64,000 nucleotides of DNA from Terriglobia bacterium (GCA_963695545.1 OY968796.1:192001-256000), one strand, 5' to 3'; positions 8,426 to 18,684 are shown, numbered from the stretch's first letter. Program-made: numbers and translations. The notes: generated by a model not told the origin, from the letters alone.

Positions 8426-10654
8426 TTAGCGGTGATGTCCTCCACCGCCGCCGTGGGAACCGCCGCCTCCGCCGCCTCGCGATCCTCCTCCGCCACCGCC
8501 GCGTGATCCACCGCCGCCGCTGGGCGCACTGTAACCGCGCCCTCCGCCACTCGGTGCGCTATAGCCTCCGCGGCTCGATCCACCGTAACTGCCGCGACCG
8601 TAGCTGCCGCCATAACTATTGTTGGGGCGGCTGACGATCGGTTGCCTCATGTTAAGCGGCGGACGGTAGCTGGGCGATGTGTTTGAGGGCCGCGAGTAGT
8701 TGCCGCGGGAATCGGTTCTGCTTTCGGGCCGCGATGACGGCGCGAACTGTTGGTAGCCGTTTCCGCGGCCCGCAGTGTCAGCCGTGCCGCGATTGCCGCC
8801 GCCAGGGTATCCGTTTCCTTCACTGGGGCGATACGATGGCGTCGAATTGTGGTTGCCGCGTTCGTCGTTTGAATTAGCCGAACCGCGTTGGCCTCCGGCC
8901 GAACCAGAATCGCCAAAACGATGCCATCCTTCGCCCCCGGTCGCGGCGCGGGAGTCGCCCGAACGCGAGTACGACGATTGGGCGTCGCCGCGCGCAGCTT
9001 CGTTGTTCGTTCCGTAGCGCGCGTTCTCCTGGATATTCTGGCGCTCCGTTGCGGAAGTCTGATCGAACGACCGAGAAACGGCCGCGGTTTGTCGCACGGA
9101 GTAAAAATGTTCATCGTTGGCGCGAGCCGAGATCGTGGATGGATTCGCCGCGCGGCCACTGGCGCTCAAGCTTCCGCGAGTTGGCGCCACAGGCATTCGC
9201 CCGGTCATCATGCTGCCCTGCCGAATCATGTCGCGAGAAGCCGGCGTGATGCCAACGCGGCCCGCACCGAAGCGGCCGGCCGGGACGGTTGAGAGGGCGC
9301 CCCGCAAGCGATCGTTCCCTGCGAAGCCAAGAGTTGAGAAACCCCCGGAGCGCAGCGGCGCAAAACCGCCTGAGCGGAAGCCCAGATGATTCACGTCCGC
9401 GTATCCGTAGCGCCCACCGAACCCTCCGTACCACGGGAAGAAGCGATCACCCGGGCCGATCGGGAGCCAGCCGTAGGAACCAAATCCGAAGCCGCCGCCG
9501 AAACCAAAGAACGACACGTACGCCGGCGCCCAAATCGGCCGATAGAATCGGCCCCAGCCGAAGCCTGCGCCCCAGCCGAAGCCTCCACCAAAACCCCAGC
9601 CGCCGAAGCCGCCGTAAACAGGACCGGGCCACCACGCCCAAGCGTTATCGCAGAGGAACCAACGCCCATAGTGATACGGCGCCCATCCCCACGGCTCATA
9701 GGAAACCCACGTCCATCCGTAGTAGGGCTCATAAACCCACTGACCATCCTGATAAGGCGCCCAGCCGGGGCCGACGCTCGGCTCCCAGACCTGGCCGTAA
9801 TCGGGTGAGTTAACCCAAGAGCCGTTGTTGTCGAGATCTTGCGTGCCAACATAATAAGGATCTGTGTTCTGCCAGCTCTGCGCGTCTTGAATCTGCCGAT
9901 CGCGTCCTTCGACCCAGGTGTCAAACGAATCCTTGTCGGGCGCGTCGGTCACCTTGTACTGCGCTGCGTCGCCGGCGCCCTCGATGGTAATGAGCTGGCC
10001 TTTCGAGACGTGCGTGCTGCCCTGAGGCGTGGAAACTTCAGCTTCGCCATTGCGCACGATCACCTGCGTCTCGGTGTCCGAGAGAACCAGGATGCGGAAG
10101 CTGCCCTCATTCTGGCTCGGGTGCACCGCGACGTTCGGCGTATCGATCTCAACATCGGATTCGCTGTGCTTGAAAACTGAAAAATTTACCAAGCCCTGCG
10201 CCACCTGGACTTGAATCTGTTGATTGCCGAGCGCGGTGATATTGGCTTGCGCGTGCTGATCGAGGCGAAGAACGTCGGCAAAATCGAGCTGCACTTCGGC
10301 CTGCGCATTCGCGCCGGTAGAAATTTTGTCGCCGGCTTCAAGCGGCTGATTGATCGTCGCGGCCGACCAATCGCCGGAGTCGCCGCGCTGCGTCGATGCG
10401 TCGCCGCGAATCAAACTGATCCGCGCTACGCCCGGCTGCGCCTGCGGCTGGTCTTGCGTTTGAGATTGATTCTGCGATTGGTCGGGCGCGCCGGCGGGCG
10501 GCGCCGGCGGCGCCGTCTGCTGCATCTGCGCCTGCGATTGATCCTGCGATTGGTCGGGCGCCTGGGAATCATCCGGCGCTTGCGCCAGGACACTTCCGGC
10601 GCCGAACAGCGCCAATGTCAAAATCGCGGTTACTCCAAGAAGTTTGGTCGTCAT
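8426..10654 (-). CDS. Secreted FecR-like / DUF6600-type protein with Gly/Arg/Ser-rich disordered tail
   Basis: Signal peptide; VARISLIRGD..GDKIST..AEVQL FecR-like region; Trp-rich GWAPY..GWTWVSYEPWGWAPYHYGRW; tail of SRGGGG repeats. Confidence 0.75.
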   Translation of the reverse strand: MTTKLLGVTAILTLALFGAGSVLAQAPDDSQAPDQSQDQSQAQMQQTAPPAPPAGAPDQSQNQSQTQDQPQAQPGVARISLIRGDASTQRGDSGDWSAATINQPLEAGDKISTGANAQAEVQLDFADVLRLDQHAQANITALGNQQIQVQVAQGLVNFSVFKHSESDVEIDTPNVAVHPSQNEGSFRILVLSDTETQVIVRNGEAEVSTPQGSTHVSKGQLITIEGAGDAAQYKVTDAPDKDSFDTWVEGRDRQIQDAQSWQNTDPYYVGTQDLDNNGSWVNSPDYGQVWEPSVGPGWAPYQDGQWVYEPYYGWTWVSYEPWGWAPYHYGRWFLCDNAWAWWPGPVYGGFGGWGFGGGFGWGAGFGWGRFYRPIWAPAYVSFFGFGGGFGFGSYGWLPIGPGDRFFPWYGGFGGRYGYADVNHLGFRSGGFAPLRSGGFSTLGFAGNDRLRGALSTVPAGRFGAGRVGITPASRDMIRQGSMMTGRMPVAPTRGSLSASGRAANPSTISARANDEHFYSVRQTAAVSRSFDQTSATERQNIQENARYGTNNEAARGDAQSSYSRSGDSRAATGGEGWHRFGDSGSAGGQRGSANSNDERGNHNSTPSYRPSEGNGYPGGGNRGTADTAGRGNGYQQFAPSSRPESRTDSRGNYSRPSNTSPSYRPPLNMRQPIVSRPNNSYGGSYGRGSYGGSSRGGYSAPSGGGRGYSAPSGGGGSRGGGGGGSRGGGGGGSHGGGGGHHR

Positions 10655-10705
10655 GATTGCCTTTGAGCCTCCCCCAAATACATAGAAACCATACGCAGTT
10701 TAGAT

Positions 10706-10721
10706 AGCAGGCGGCGTGCCA
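10706..10721 (-). promoter_or_regulatory. Sigma54 (-24/-12) promoter
   Basis: Minus strand TGGCACGCCGCCTGCT = TGGCAC..TGC with GG-N10-GC spacing, about 50 bp before ATG 10654. Confidence 0.8.
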
Positions 10722-10814
10722 GACTAGTCCAGGTCGGCGCACATCATAAGATTAGTGGATTCAGCGATTTGCAGGTAATTTCCGGCAGCCGTCGGCGCAT
10801 CTCCGCAGAGCCTC

Positions 10815-10850
10815 TGGCCGATTTCAATCAGAAGTGGTGGATTTCAGCCA
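10815..10850. promoter_or_regulatory. Candidate tandem upstream activator sites
   Basis: TGGCCGATTTCAATCA and TGGTGGATTTCAGCCA, 20-bp period, 95-130 bp upstream of the sigma54 site. Confidence 0.5.
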
Positions 10851-10890
10851 CCGGTGCGCGCCCTCGAGATACGGTCGAGCACTGTGCGAC

Positions 10891-12261
10891 TCACGATTCT
10901 TTTTCGGGGTCGTCGGCGATGCCCACTCGCGAAAGTCGATAACGCAGAGCGTTGCGGGAGAGGCCGAGCATCCGCGCGGCGCGGCTTTTGTTTCCGGCCG
11001 TGCGGCGCAGCGCTTCGCGAATTAATTCATCTTCCCACTGCTCGAGCGTGACGCCTTCCGGCAAGAGCGCGCCGGATTCGATAGCTGGCCGCGCCCGGCC
11101 GGAATCGAGTCGGATGTCCGCAACTTCGAGAATCGGTCCTTCGGCCATCGCGCAAGCGCGCTCGATCACGTTTTCAAGTTCGCGCACGTTGCCGGGCCAG
11201 TGAAATTCCATCAGGCGCTGCAATGCATCGGGGCGGATGCTGGTGACGGATTTGTCTCCGCCGCGCGAAAATCTTTCGATGAAGAGCTGCACAAGATCGG
11301 GAATGTCTTCGGTGTGTTCGCGTAACGGCGGGATGTCCACGGGCACAACATTCAAGCGGTAATACAAATCCTCGCGAAAAGTTCCCTCTTCAAGCGCGGC
11401 GCGAAGATCGCGATTCGTCGCGGCCACCAAACGAACATCGACCTTAAGCGTGCGCGTGCCGCCCAGCCGCTCAAATTCGCGTTCCTGCAGAACGCGCAGG
11501 AGTTTCACTTGCGTCGCGGGGGGAACGTCGCCAATCTCATCGAGAAACAGCGTGCCCTTGTCGGCGAGCTCGAACTTGCCGGGCTTTGTGCCCGCCGCGC
11601 CGGTGAACGCTCCCTTCTCGTATCCGAAAAGTTCGCTTTCGAGCAGATTCTCGGGGATCGCCGTGCTGTTGATTTTTATGAATGGGCCCGCGGCGCGGCG
11701 AGATTTTTCGTGAATCACGTGGGCGATCAAGTCCTTGCCCACGCCGCTTTCGCCGCCGAGCAGCACTGTTGAATTTGTCGGCGCGATGCGCTCGATCGTG
11801 GCCATCACCTCCTGCATTTTGGCGCTGCGCGTCACCACGTTCGGATGCGTGTACTTTTGGCCCAACGCTTCGCGCAACGTGCGGTTTTCTTCGCGCAGTC
11901 GGCGCACGTCCAGTTCCTTCTGGATGACCATTTTCATTTCCGCCAGCGAAAACGGTTTCAACACGTAGTCGCTCGCGCCGGCCTTCATGGCTTCCACCGC
12001 GGTTTCGACCGTGCCGTACGCCGTCATCACCACCACGGGCAGCGCGGCATTGGTGCGCTTCACCGCGTGCAAAAATTCGAGACCGTCCATGCCCGGCAGC
12101 TTCAGGTCGGTGACCACCAGATCGATCGCATCCTGCCGCACAAGCTTCAGACCTTGCTCCGCGTCGGCCGCGGCCAGCACACGGTGCCCCTCCTCGCTCA
12201 AATCGAGTTCGAGCAAGCGCCGCAGCTTCGGTTCGTCTTCGACAATCAGTATCGTTGACAT
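10891..12261 (-). CDS. Sigma54-dependent NtrC/AtoC-family response regulator
   Basis: Receiver (VEDE, TDLKLPGMDG), AAA+ with GESGVGKD, GAFTGA, LFLDEIG, WPGNVRELEN, Fis-type HTH. Confidence 0.95.
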   Translation of the reverse strand: MSTILIVEDEPKLRRLLELDLSEEGHRVLAAADAEQGLKLVRQDAIDLVVTDLKLPGMDGLEFLHAVKRTNAALPVVVMTAYGTVETAVEAMKAGASDYVLKPFSLAEMKMVIQKELDVRRLREENRTLREALGQKYTHPNVVTRSAKMQEVMATIERIAPTNSTVLLGGESGVGKDLIAHVIHEKSRRAAGPFIKINSTAIPENLLESELFGYEKGAFTGAAGTKPGKFELADKGTLFLDEIGDVPPATQVKLLRVLQEREFERLGGTRTLKVDVRLVAATNRDLRAALEEGTFREDLYYRLNVVPVDIPPLREHTEDIPDLVQLFIERFSRGGDKSVTSIRPDALQRLMEFHWPGNVRELENVIERACAMAEGPILEVADIRLDSGRARPAIESGALLPEGVTLEQWEDELIREALRRTAGNKSRAARMLGLSRNALRYRLSRVGIADDPEKES

Positions 12262-12266
12262 GTTTT

Positions 12267-13757
12267 TCAGACGTCCTGCGGCTCGGCGCTCGCCGCTCCC
12301 GGCGCCACTGGCAGAAACACGACCAAGCGCGCCCCGCGCGGACTCGATTCCAAATGTATCGTACCGCGATGCTCATCCACGATTTTCGAGACGATCGAAA
12401 GCCCCAGGCCCACGCCGGTCTTCTTCGTGGTTACGAACGGATTGAAAATCTGCTCGCACATTTCCGGCGCCACGCCCGGCCCGGTGTCCTCGATGCGCAC
12501 TTCGATGCCGGCGCGTCCGCCGGATTGCGCGGGCGCGAGCGAAACGCGCAGCGTGCCGCCTGCGTCGCCCATGGCTTCGTAGGCGTTCTGCACCAAATTC
12601 ACGAATGCGCGATCGGCCAAATTTTCGTCCAGCGGAATTTGCGGCAGGTCCGGCGCGAAGTTGCGTTCCACGCGCACCGCGCCGCCGCGCCAGGATTCGG
12701 CGACCGTTGCGAGCGCGCGCTCGACAAGCGCTGTGAGCGAAGCCGGATATCGCTCGGCGTGCAACGGCCGCGCGAAATCGAGAAAGCGCGAGACCAGCGC
12801 GCTGACGCGATTGACCTCGCTTGAAATGTATCCCGCCAATTCCCCGGCCAGTGGATTCGATGTGCCGATTCTCTGTTCAAGCATCTCCGCCGATCCTTTG
12901 ATCACGCTCAGCGGATTGCGAATTTCGTGCGCGAGTCCGGCGGAAAGTTGGCCGAGCGCCGCCAAACGCTCCGAGCGCCGCGCTTCGTCCTGCGCCAGCT
13001 CGAGGCGGCGATTGGTTTCGGCCAGACGCGCGGCGAGGCCGCGATAGAGCGCCGTCTGACGGCGGATCTCGATCGAAAAGCGATTCACCAAAACGGCCAC
13101 CAGGAAAAAGAACAAGATGCGGATGGCGAGCTCGCCCAGAGCGTCCAATCCAATCTGATATTCCTGCATGGCCGGAAGCAGGTAAGAGCAATAAGCCGCC
13201 GAAGCCAGCAGCGTCCACAGAAGCGTGCCGATCGTGTCGAAGTACATCGCCGCGGTCATCACCGGCAGAAAATAGATCGGGTAGTAGCTGCTGTTGATCG
13301 TGGCTTCCATACCCGTGTGATCGATCAAGAGCGTGGCCAGCGCGATCTTCAGCAGCACCGCGTAGTAGCGGCCTCTACGCGGCTCGAATCGTATCAAGCG
13401 TGCTTCGAGCAATTGCACCGCGGCGATCACCAGCAGAATAAGTTGCTTATGGATTTCGCGAATGGGCGGAAGAATCGCGAGGCCGGCGAGTATGGCCACC
13501 ACCAGCCAATCGATCCAGCCACGGCCGTCGCGCTCGACTCGATCAGAAGCCTCGTCGCCCGCGTCATCGGGAAATGTTTTGGGAATTGTGCTGGAAGCCG
13601 GTCCGGCAGCCCTGGCCAAAGGTCCGCTGGCGCCGGTGTCCGCGTCGCTTCGGCGAATCGCGGTCGCCGGCTCGAATTCGGCAGCCGGTCGCGCGCTACG
13701 TTCGGAACGTGCGTGGAAGAGCTCGGCCATCGCAGACATTATTACAACGAAAGCCAC
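12267..13757 (-). CDS. Membrane-bound sensor histidine kinase (start uncertain)
   Basis: Several TM segments; ERLAALGQLSAGLAHEIRNPL, NLVQNA, DTGPG, FNPFVTTK, GVGLGL. Confidence 0.92.
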   Translation of the reverse strand: MAFVVIMSAMAELFHARSERSARPAAEFEPATAIRRSDADTGASGPLARAAGPASSTIPKTFPDDAGDEASDRVERDGRGWIDWLVVAILAGLAILPPIREIHKQLILLVIAAVQLLEARLIRFEPRRGRYYAVLLKIALATLLIDHTGMEATINSSYYPIYFLPVMTAAMYFDTIGTLLWTLLASAAYCSYLLPAMQEYQIGLDALGELAIRILFFFLVAVLVNRFSIEIRRQTALYRGLAARLAETNRRLELAQDEARRSERLAALGQLSAGLAHEIRNPLSVIKGSAEMLEQRIGTSNPLAGELAGYISSEVNRVSALVSRFLDFARPLHAERYPASLTALVERALATVAESWRGGAVRVERNFAPDLPQIPLDENLADRAFVNLVQNAYEAMGDAGGTLRVSLAPAQSGGRAGIEVRIEDTGPGVAPEMCEQIFNPFVTTKKTGVGLGLSIVSKIVDEHRGTIHLESSPRGARLVVFLPVAPGAASAEPQDV

Positions 13758-13800
13758 CCTTAGCGGCGACTTTCGCTCACGAGCTCTTGCGCTCTACGCG

Positions 13801-15678
13801 TCAAGAATGCGGGGGCTTCGACGATGAGGGTTTCGAGCCCTGCCCACCGTTGGTTTGGCTCCCACTGGAGTGGTCGTTCTGATGCACTTCCTCGTGTTTC
13901 GTCTGCCAGCCCTGCTCCTTCTCGGTATCGCTTTGCTTTTCTTGCGGCGTGGGATCGCGTACCGGCGGCGCCGCACGAACGTTCGGCGTCCGCGATGGAG
14001 CCGGCGTTTGATTCTCATCGACGTGGCCGTTGCTCGGGCCTTCTGAATTTCGGGCCGGCGGCGGAGCTTCATTTCCGCCCGGCTGGCTTGGAGGCCGGTA
14101 GCCCGGCGCGCCACCCGGCGCACTGGCCGGCGCATTTCCGCCGCTCGGGCGCTCCTCCACTACCGGGCCGCGGCTTGCGTTCGCAGCGCTATTCCCGTGG
14201 AAACTCGCCGGAGCCGCCGGTGTGTGCACGACCACCGCTGATCGGCTCACGACCGTCGCGGGCGGGCGAGTCGTCGTGACGCGCCCTCCGCCGGCAACGC
14301 TCGCGCGCGTCGGTTCGGCCGCGGGGCCCGCGCGATTCACGGGCGCCGAAGCCAAATCGCTTTCCGGAACATTGACGACATTCCGCGAGACCATCGCGCC
14401 GCTGACAAACGTATCGTGCGAGACGACCGTCACTCCGCCCGCGACGTGCTGATTCGCATAGGTCACATCTCTCGCGTTGTTGTGATACACATCGAGCACC
14501 GTCGTGCGATCAACGACCGTGTTCGTCACGTTGACGCGCGTCATATACCCCGCGCTCACGTGATATGTGGGCATGAAAACCTCTCGCGGCCCCAACGGAA
14601 ACCACGCGATCCCTCCGCCTCCACCGATCGCGACCGAGAACGAAAATCCCGGCGCTCCGCCGACCCAGCCCACCAGCGCCGGGGCGTACACCGGGCGCAC
14701 GCCGACGACGTATGGGCCCGGGACCCATCCCCAGCGCCCGCCGAAAGTCGCCCACCGGCCATAGTGGTACGGCGCAAATCCCCACGGCTCACCGCCCACC
14801 CACGTCCAGCCCCACGGCGCGATCCAAACCCAGTGGCCGTCGCGGTACGGCGCCCAGCCCACGGCAACTCCAGTGGGAAACCAAACGGCGCCGTAATCAG
14901 CCTCCGGAGTCCAAGAGCCATAGGCGTCCAGATCTTCGGAGCCGGTCACGTCCGGCGAGACATACTGCGGAGCGGGTGTGCTCTCTGCGGCCGCGTCGCG
15001 TTGCGCCGACCACTGCTGGAAACTCGACTGCGGCAGCGAATCCGCATCCTCCAGACTGTAATCGAGCGTGTCCGTGCCGGTGAAAGTCGCCTGCTGATCC
15101 GCCGTGATGTTCCACGAACGCCCGCCTCCGGTGACTTGCCCCTCGCCACTTACGGCGGTAACCTCCGTAACGGACTTATCCGGGTCTACATCGACTTGAT
15201 ACGTGCCCGGCTGCAGCACCGTGAATGCCAGATTCGGCGCGTCGATTTCAAACGAATCGTTCGGAGCGAGTTCGCCGAGCCGGACGATCACGGACCCCGC
15301 CGACACCTGAAGCTGAATCAAGCTGTCGGACAAATTCAGAAACGATATTCCGGTGTTGTGATCCATGCGCACGGTGGTCGAACCGACCTGCATTTCGACC
15401 AGTCCATCCGTATCGGCCCAGAGCTGATCGCCCGTGGTGAGCGGACGGTTGGTCTCCGCCGCGACCCAATCGTTGTCGCCGCCGCCGGCCGGCTGGAATG
15501 ACACTGAGCCTTGAAGGAAGTCGAGGTCCGCGACTCGAGCCGGCGGATCGTCAGCCGTGGCGCCTGCGGCCGCGGGTGGCGCAGCTTGCGCCGCGGCCGG
15601 CGCGGGCCCGCGGAGCAAAAGGCCGGCGGCAGCCAACGCCAACGCGGCGAAAAGCAACTTGCGTGTGTCGATCTTCAT
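13801..15678 (-). CDS. Second secreted FecR-like / DUF6600-type protein
   Basis: Signal peptide; DPPARVA..GSVSFQPAG..NRPLTTGDQLW; GWAPYRDGHWVW..WGWTWV..PWGFAPYHYGRW; Pro-rich tail. Confidence 0.78.
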   Translation of the reverse strand: MKIDTRKLLFAALALAAAGLLLRGPAPAAAQAAPPAAAGATADDPPARVADLDFLQGSVSFQPAGGGDNDWVAAETNRPLTTGDQLWADTDGLVEMQVGSTTVRMDHNTGISFLNLSDSLIQLQVSAGSVIVRLGELAPNDSFEIDAPNLAFTVLQPGTYQVDVDPDKSVTEVTAVSGEGQVTGGGRSWNITADQQATFTGTDTLDYSLEDADSLPQSSFQQWSAQRDAAAESTPAPQYVSPDVTGSEDLDAYGSWTPEADYGAVWFPTGVAVGWAPYRDGHWVWIAPWGWTWVGGEPWGFAPYHYGRWATFGGRWGWVPGPYVVGVRPVYAPALVGWVGGAPGFSFSVAIGGGGGIAWFPLGPREVFMPTYHVSAGYMTRVNVTNTVVDRTTVLDVYHNNARDVTYANQHVAGGVTVVSHDTFVSGAMVSRNVVNVPESDLASAPVNRAGPAAEPTRASVAGGGRVTTTRPPATVVSRSAVVVHTPAAPASFHGNSAANASRGPVVEERPSGGNAPASAPGGAPGYRPPSQPGGNEAPPPARNSEGPSNGHVDENQTPAPSRTPNVRAAPPVRDPTPQEKQSDTEKEQGWQTKHEEVHQNDHSSGSQTNGGQGSKPSSSKPPHS

Positions 15679-15848
15679 ATCGTCCTGCCTCCAGCGAGCT
15701 CGAAGCTGTTTCTCGCACAGTAAAACACGGGCCTACGGATTTAGTTTCCTGCCGGACGCAAAGGGATGTAAGCCCGTCGCCCATTTCTGTGTGTTTGGAT
15801 GCGTTCGCTAACAGTTGCGGCTGGTCACTTCGCTGTCGTCGTGTCGTT

Positions 15849-17189
15849 TCAGTGATGCGCTGCGGCGCCGCCGACGTAGCTGACGCGCCAAATCGTGTTC
15901 GATCCGTCGTCACTCACTAGCAGCGAGCCATCTTTCATCACCGCTACGCCCACCGGCCGGCCCCACACGCCGCCCTGCGGCGTCACGAAGCCCGTCAGGA
16001 AATCCTCATATTCTCCGGTGGCTTTTCCCGTCGAATCCACCGGCACGCGAATCACTTCGTAACCCGTGCGCAGGTGCCGATTCCAGGAACCATGCTCGGC
16101 GTCGAAGATGTCGCCGTGATATTCCTTCGGAAATTGATCGCCTTCGTAGAACAGCATCTCGAGCGGAGCGCTGTGCGGTTGCAGCAAAACGTCGGGAACG
16201 ATGGCTTTGGCACGCAATTCCGGATGCTTGCCCGGAAAACGCGGATCGGGGTTTCCTCCCGTGTAATACCACGGCCAGCCGTAGAAGCCGCCATCCGCCA
16301 CATGCGTGATGTAATCGGGCGGGAGGTTATCTCCCAATTCGTCGCGCTCGTTTGTCGAGCACCAGAGTTCGCCCGTCTCCGGCTGGATGGCTTCGCCCAC
16401 GCAGTTCCGAATTCCCCACGCGTAAACGCGCTTGCTCGAACCATCGGGATTGAATTCGAGCACGTCGGCGCGGTCCGTCTCGCGCGGATCCGCATCCGTG
16501 TCGATGACGTTGGTGGCCGAGCCAACGGAGACGTACATCTTCTTTCCATCCGGGCTGAAGACCACATCGCGCGTCACATGCGCGCCGCCGTGCGGCAATT
16601 CAGGCACGATCGTTTCGGGCTTGCCCGTCGCCACCAGATCGCCATTGTGATAAGGGAAGCGCACCACCGAATCGGTGTCGCCGATGTAAACGTACTGGGG
16701 ATCGGGGCCCGGCGGATAAAATGCGATGCCGAACGGGCGATTCAGTCCCGTGGCAAACACCGAAACGTGCTCGGCTTTTCCTTCCGGCGTCACGCCTCGA
16801 AAAACCAGGATTCGGCCGGGCGGATTATCCGTGATCTTATCCGGGAAACTCTCAGCCAAAAATATATCGCCGTTCGGCGCCGTGCGCATCTCGCGTCCAT
16901 TGTCCAAGCCGCTAGCGTAAAGCTGCACTTTGAAACCGGGCAGCGCCTGAGGAATGGCGTTCGCCGGCCGCGGCACCAGCGCGGGACCATTCTGAATTGT
17001 AGTGGTTGCGTACGGCTGCGGGAGATCCGCCGGAGTGATCTTGCGAAAAACGCCGGGATGTTCGGCGGTAAAATCGTGAAATGCCGCCGCTCCGGTCACC
17101 ACCTCGTGCGGCTTCGCGTCCTGCGAATACGCGGCCAACCAGGAAACACACGCTAGACCCAGCGCGACAAATCCCAATAGCTTCGACAA
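15849..17189 (-). CDS. PQQ-dependent sugar / L-sorbosone dehydrogenase family protein
   Basis: GIRNCVG, NERDELGDNLPPDY, GGFYGWP, HGSWNR, WGRPVGV, DGSLLVSDDG; TTG start after GGAGG. Confidence 0.88.
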   Translation of the reverse strand: MSKLLGFVALGLACVSWLAAYSQDAKPHEVVTGAAAFHDFTAEHPGVFRKITPADLPQPYATTTIQNGPALVPRPANAIPQALPGFKVQLYASGLDNGREMRTAPNGDIFLAESFPDKITDNPPGRILVFRGVTPEGKAEHVSVFATGLNRPFGIAFYPPGPDPQYVYIGDTDSVVRFPYHNGDLVATGKPETIVPELPHGGAHVTRDVVFSPDGKKMYVSVGSATNVIDTDADPRETDRADVLEFNPDGSSKRVYAWGIRNCVGEAIQPETGELWCSTNERDELGDNLPPDYITHVADGGFYGWPWYYTGGNPDPRFPGKHPELRAKAIVPDVLLQPHSAPLEMLFYEGDQFPKEYHGDIFDAEHGSWNRHLRTGYEVIRVPVDSTGKATGEYEDFLTGFVTPQGGVWGRPVGVAVMKDGSLLVSDDGSNTIWRVSYVGGAAAHH

Positions 17190-17306
17190 AACGCCTCCTT
17201 GGCTCGCCTGCGTCGCATCGTTCCCTCTCGGAACGCCACATTCCACGGCACCCATGCTCGGCGCGCAGGCGCTTGGCCCACGCCATAATACCACCGTCGC
17301 CCGTGC

Positions 17307-17340
17307 AAAAAAAAAGACGGGCGGCTTGCGCCGCCCGTCT
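17307..17340 (-). terminator. Intrinsic terminator
   Basis: Minus strand AGACGGGCGGC-GCAA-GCCGCCCGTCT followed by a long T run. Confidence 0.9.
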
Positions 17341-17373
17341 CGCCGAATTGTAAGTCGGAAGGTCAGCGAATAT

Positions 17374-17709
17374 TTAGTACCCGTTCGCTGCGTTGTGCTT
17401 GTCGCGGTAGATTCCCCGCGAGATTCGGTTTTGCCGATGATTGATCGAAGCCTTCTCGCCCGGCGTTAAGTGACCGTCGTCGCCCCTGCGATCCGCCGCG
17501 ATCGTGCGATTCAAATTAGCTTCGCGGCTCTCGAGATGCGAGGTTTCTTTCGGCGTCAGCGAACCGTTCTTCACGCCGTTGGCGATGCGATCCTGCTGGT
17601 TCACCTTGCGTTGGTGAATTTCCCGGCCGGTGGTCGCGCCGGCGGACATAACGAACGTCAGGGCGGCCGTGGCCAAAGCCATTCTGGAAATTATGTTCGT
17701 GAGTTTCAT
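17374..17709 (-). CDS. Small secreted basic helical-repeat protein
   Basis: AGGAG RBS, signal peptide, two repeats NQQDRIANGVKNGSLTPKE / DDGHLTPGE..RQNRISRGIYRDKHN. Confidence 0.75.
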   Translation of the reverse strand: MKLTNIISRMALATAALTFVMSAGATTGREIHQRKVNQQDRIANGVKNGSLTPKETSHLESREANLNRTIAADRRGDDGHLTPGEKASINHRQNRISRGIYRDKHNAANGY

Positions 17710-17937
17710 GAGCGTTCTCCTTGTGACAATGATTTCGTATTTGCCTTCGGTCCCTGTTGTTCGTTTCTCGGGTACCTGGGCGTGAAACCCTGCGCGCCTG
17801 AAAAAGTTGCTCGAAGTCTGAATCAAATATGCACACACGTGCGCGCGCACGGCCGAGTACAGTCCAAAATGTCATTATTTATTCAGTGCGTCGGGGACGC
17901 CACAAATCGATCATTCATTCTCACGGGGTTTTCATCG

Positions 17938-18684
17938 CTAAGCCGTCGTGCCGGTGACGGCGGCCACCGCCGTGTGCGTTGCGAGAAACGCGAGCGTCAA
18001 AGGCCACGCCTCGGCCGCGGCCAAAGCGTTGTAGCTCGGTCGCGCGTCGCAAAAGAATCCGTGATCGGCGTCGGAAAATTCCACGTTGACGAAACTCTTT
18101 CCCGCCGCACGCAGCGCGTCGGTCACTGAGCGCACCACGTCGGGACCGAGATGCTTGTCGCGCCCGCCCCAATTCAACAGCACCGGCGCGCGCAGCTCGC
18201 TCACGCGATCGAGCAGCCCCGGACGCTGCGGGCTCGGCGCGATCCCGCCTCCGTAAAAAGAAATCGCGCACGCAACCGGCAACGTTAGCGCGGCGAGAAA
18301 TGCCACGAACCCTCCCATGCAAAATCCCACCGCCGCGATCGGCAACTTGCCGGCGCCGTTCGCCGCGAGCCAACCGTGCGCCGCGCGCAAGTCCGCTTCC
18401 ACCTGCGGATGCCGCAGTGCCTGCACGTGCGGCATTACCGAAGGAAAATCGTCGTAGCGCCCCTCGAACCCACTCGCCGTGCGATGAAATAATTCCGGCG
18501 CGATCGCCGCGTAGCCCTGCCGCGCGAATCGCTCGGTAACGTCCCGAATGTGCCCATTCACGCCAAACGCTTCCTGCCCGACAATCAAACCCGGATAATG
18601 GCCCACCGCAGGCCGCGCCACGTACGCGTGCATCGTCGTGCCGTCGTCAACGCTCAAATCCACGTACTCCGTGCGAATTTCCAT
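17938..18684 (-). CDS. Dienelactone hydrolase family protein
   Basis: QEAFGVN, nucleophile motif GFCMGG, ADHGFFCDAR. Confidence 0.92.
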   Translation of the reverse strand: MEIRTEYVDLSVDDGTTMHAYVARPAVGHYPGLIVGQEAFGVNGHIRDVTERFARQGYAAIAPELFHRTASGFEGRYDDFPSVMPHVQALRHPQVEADLRAAHGWLAANGAGKLPIAAVGFCMGGFVAFLAALTLPVACAISFYGGGIAPSPQRPGLLDRVSELRAPVLLNWGGRDKHLGPDVVRSVTDALRAAGKSFVNVEFSDADHGFFCDARPSYNALAAAEAWPLTLAFLATHTAVAAVTGTTA

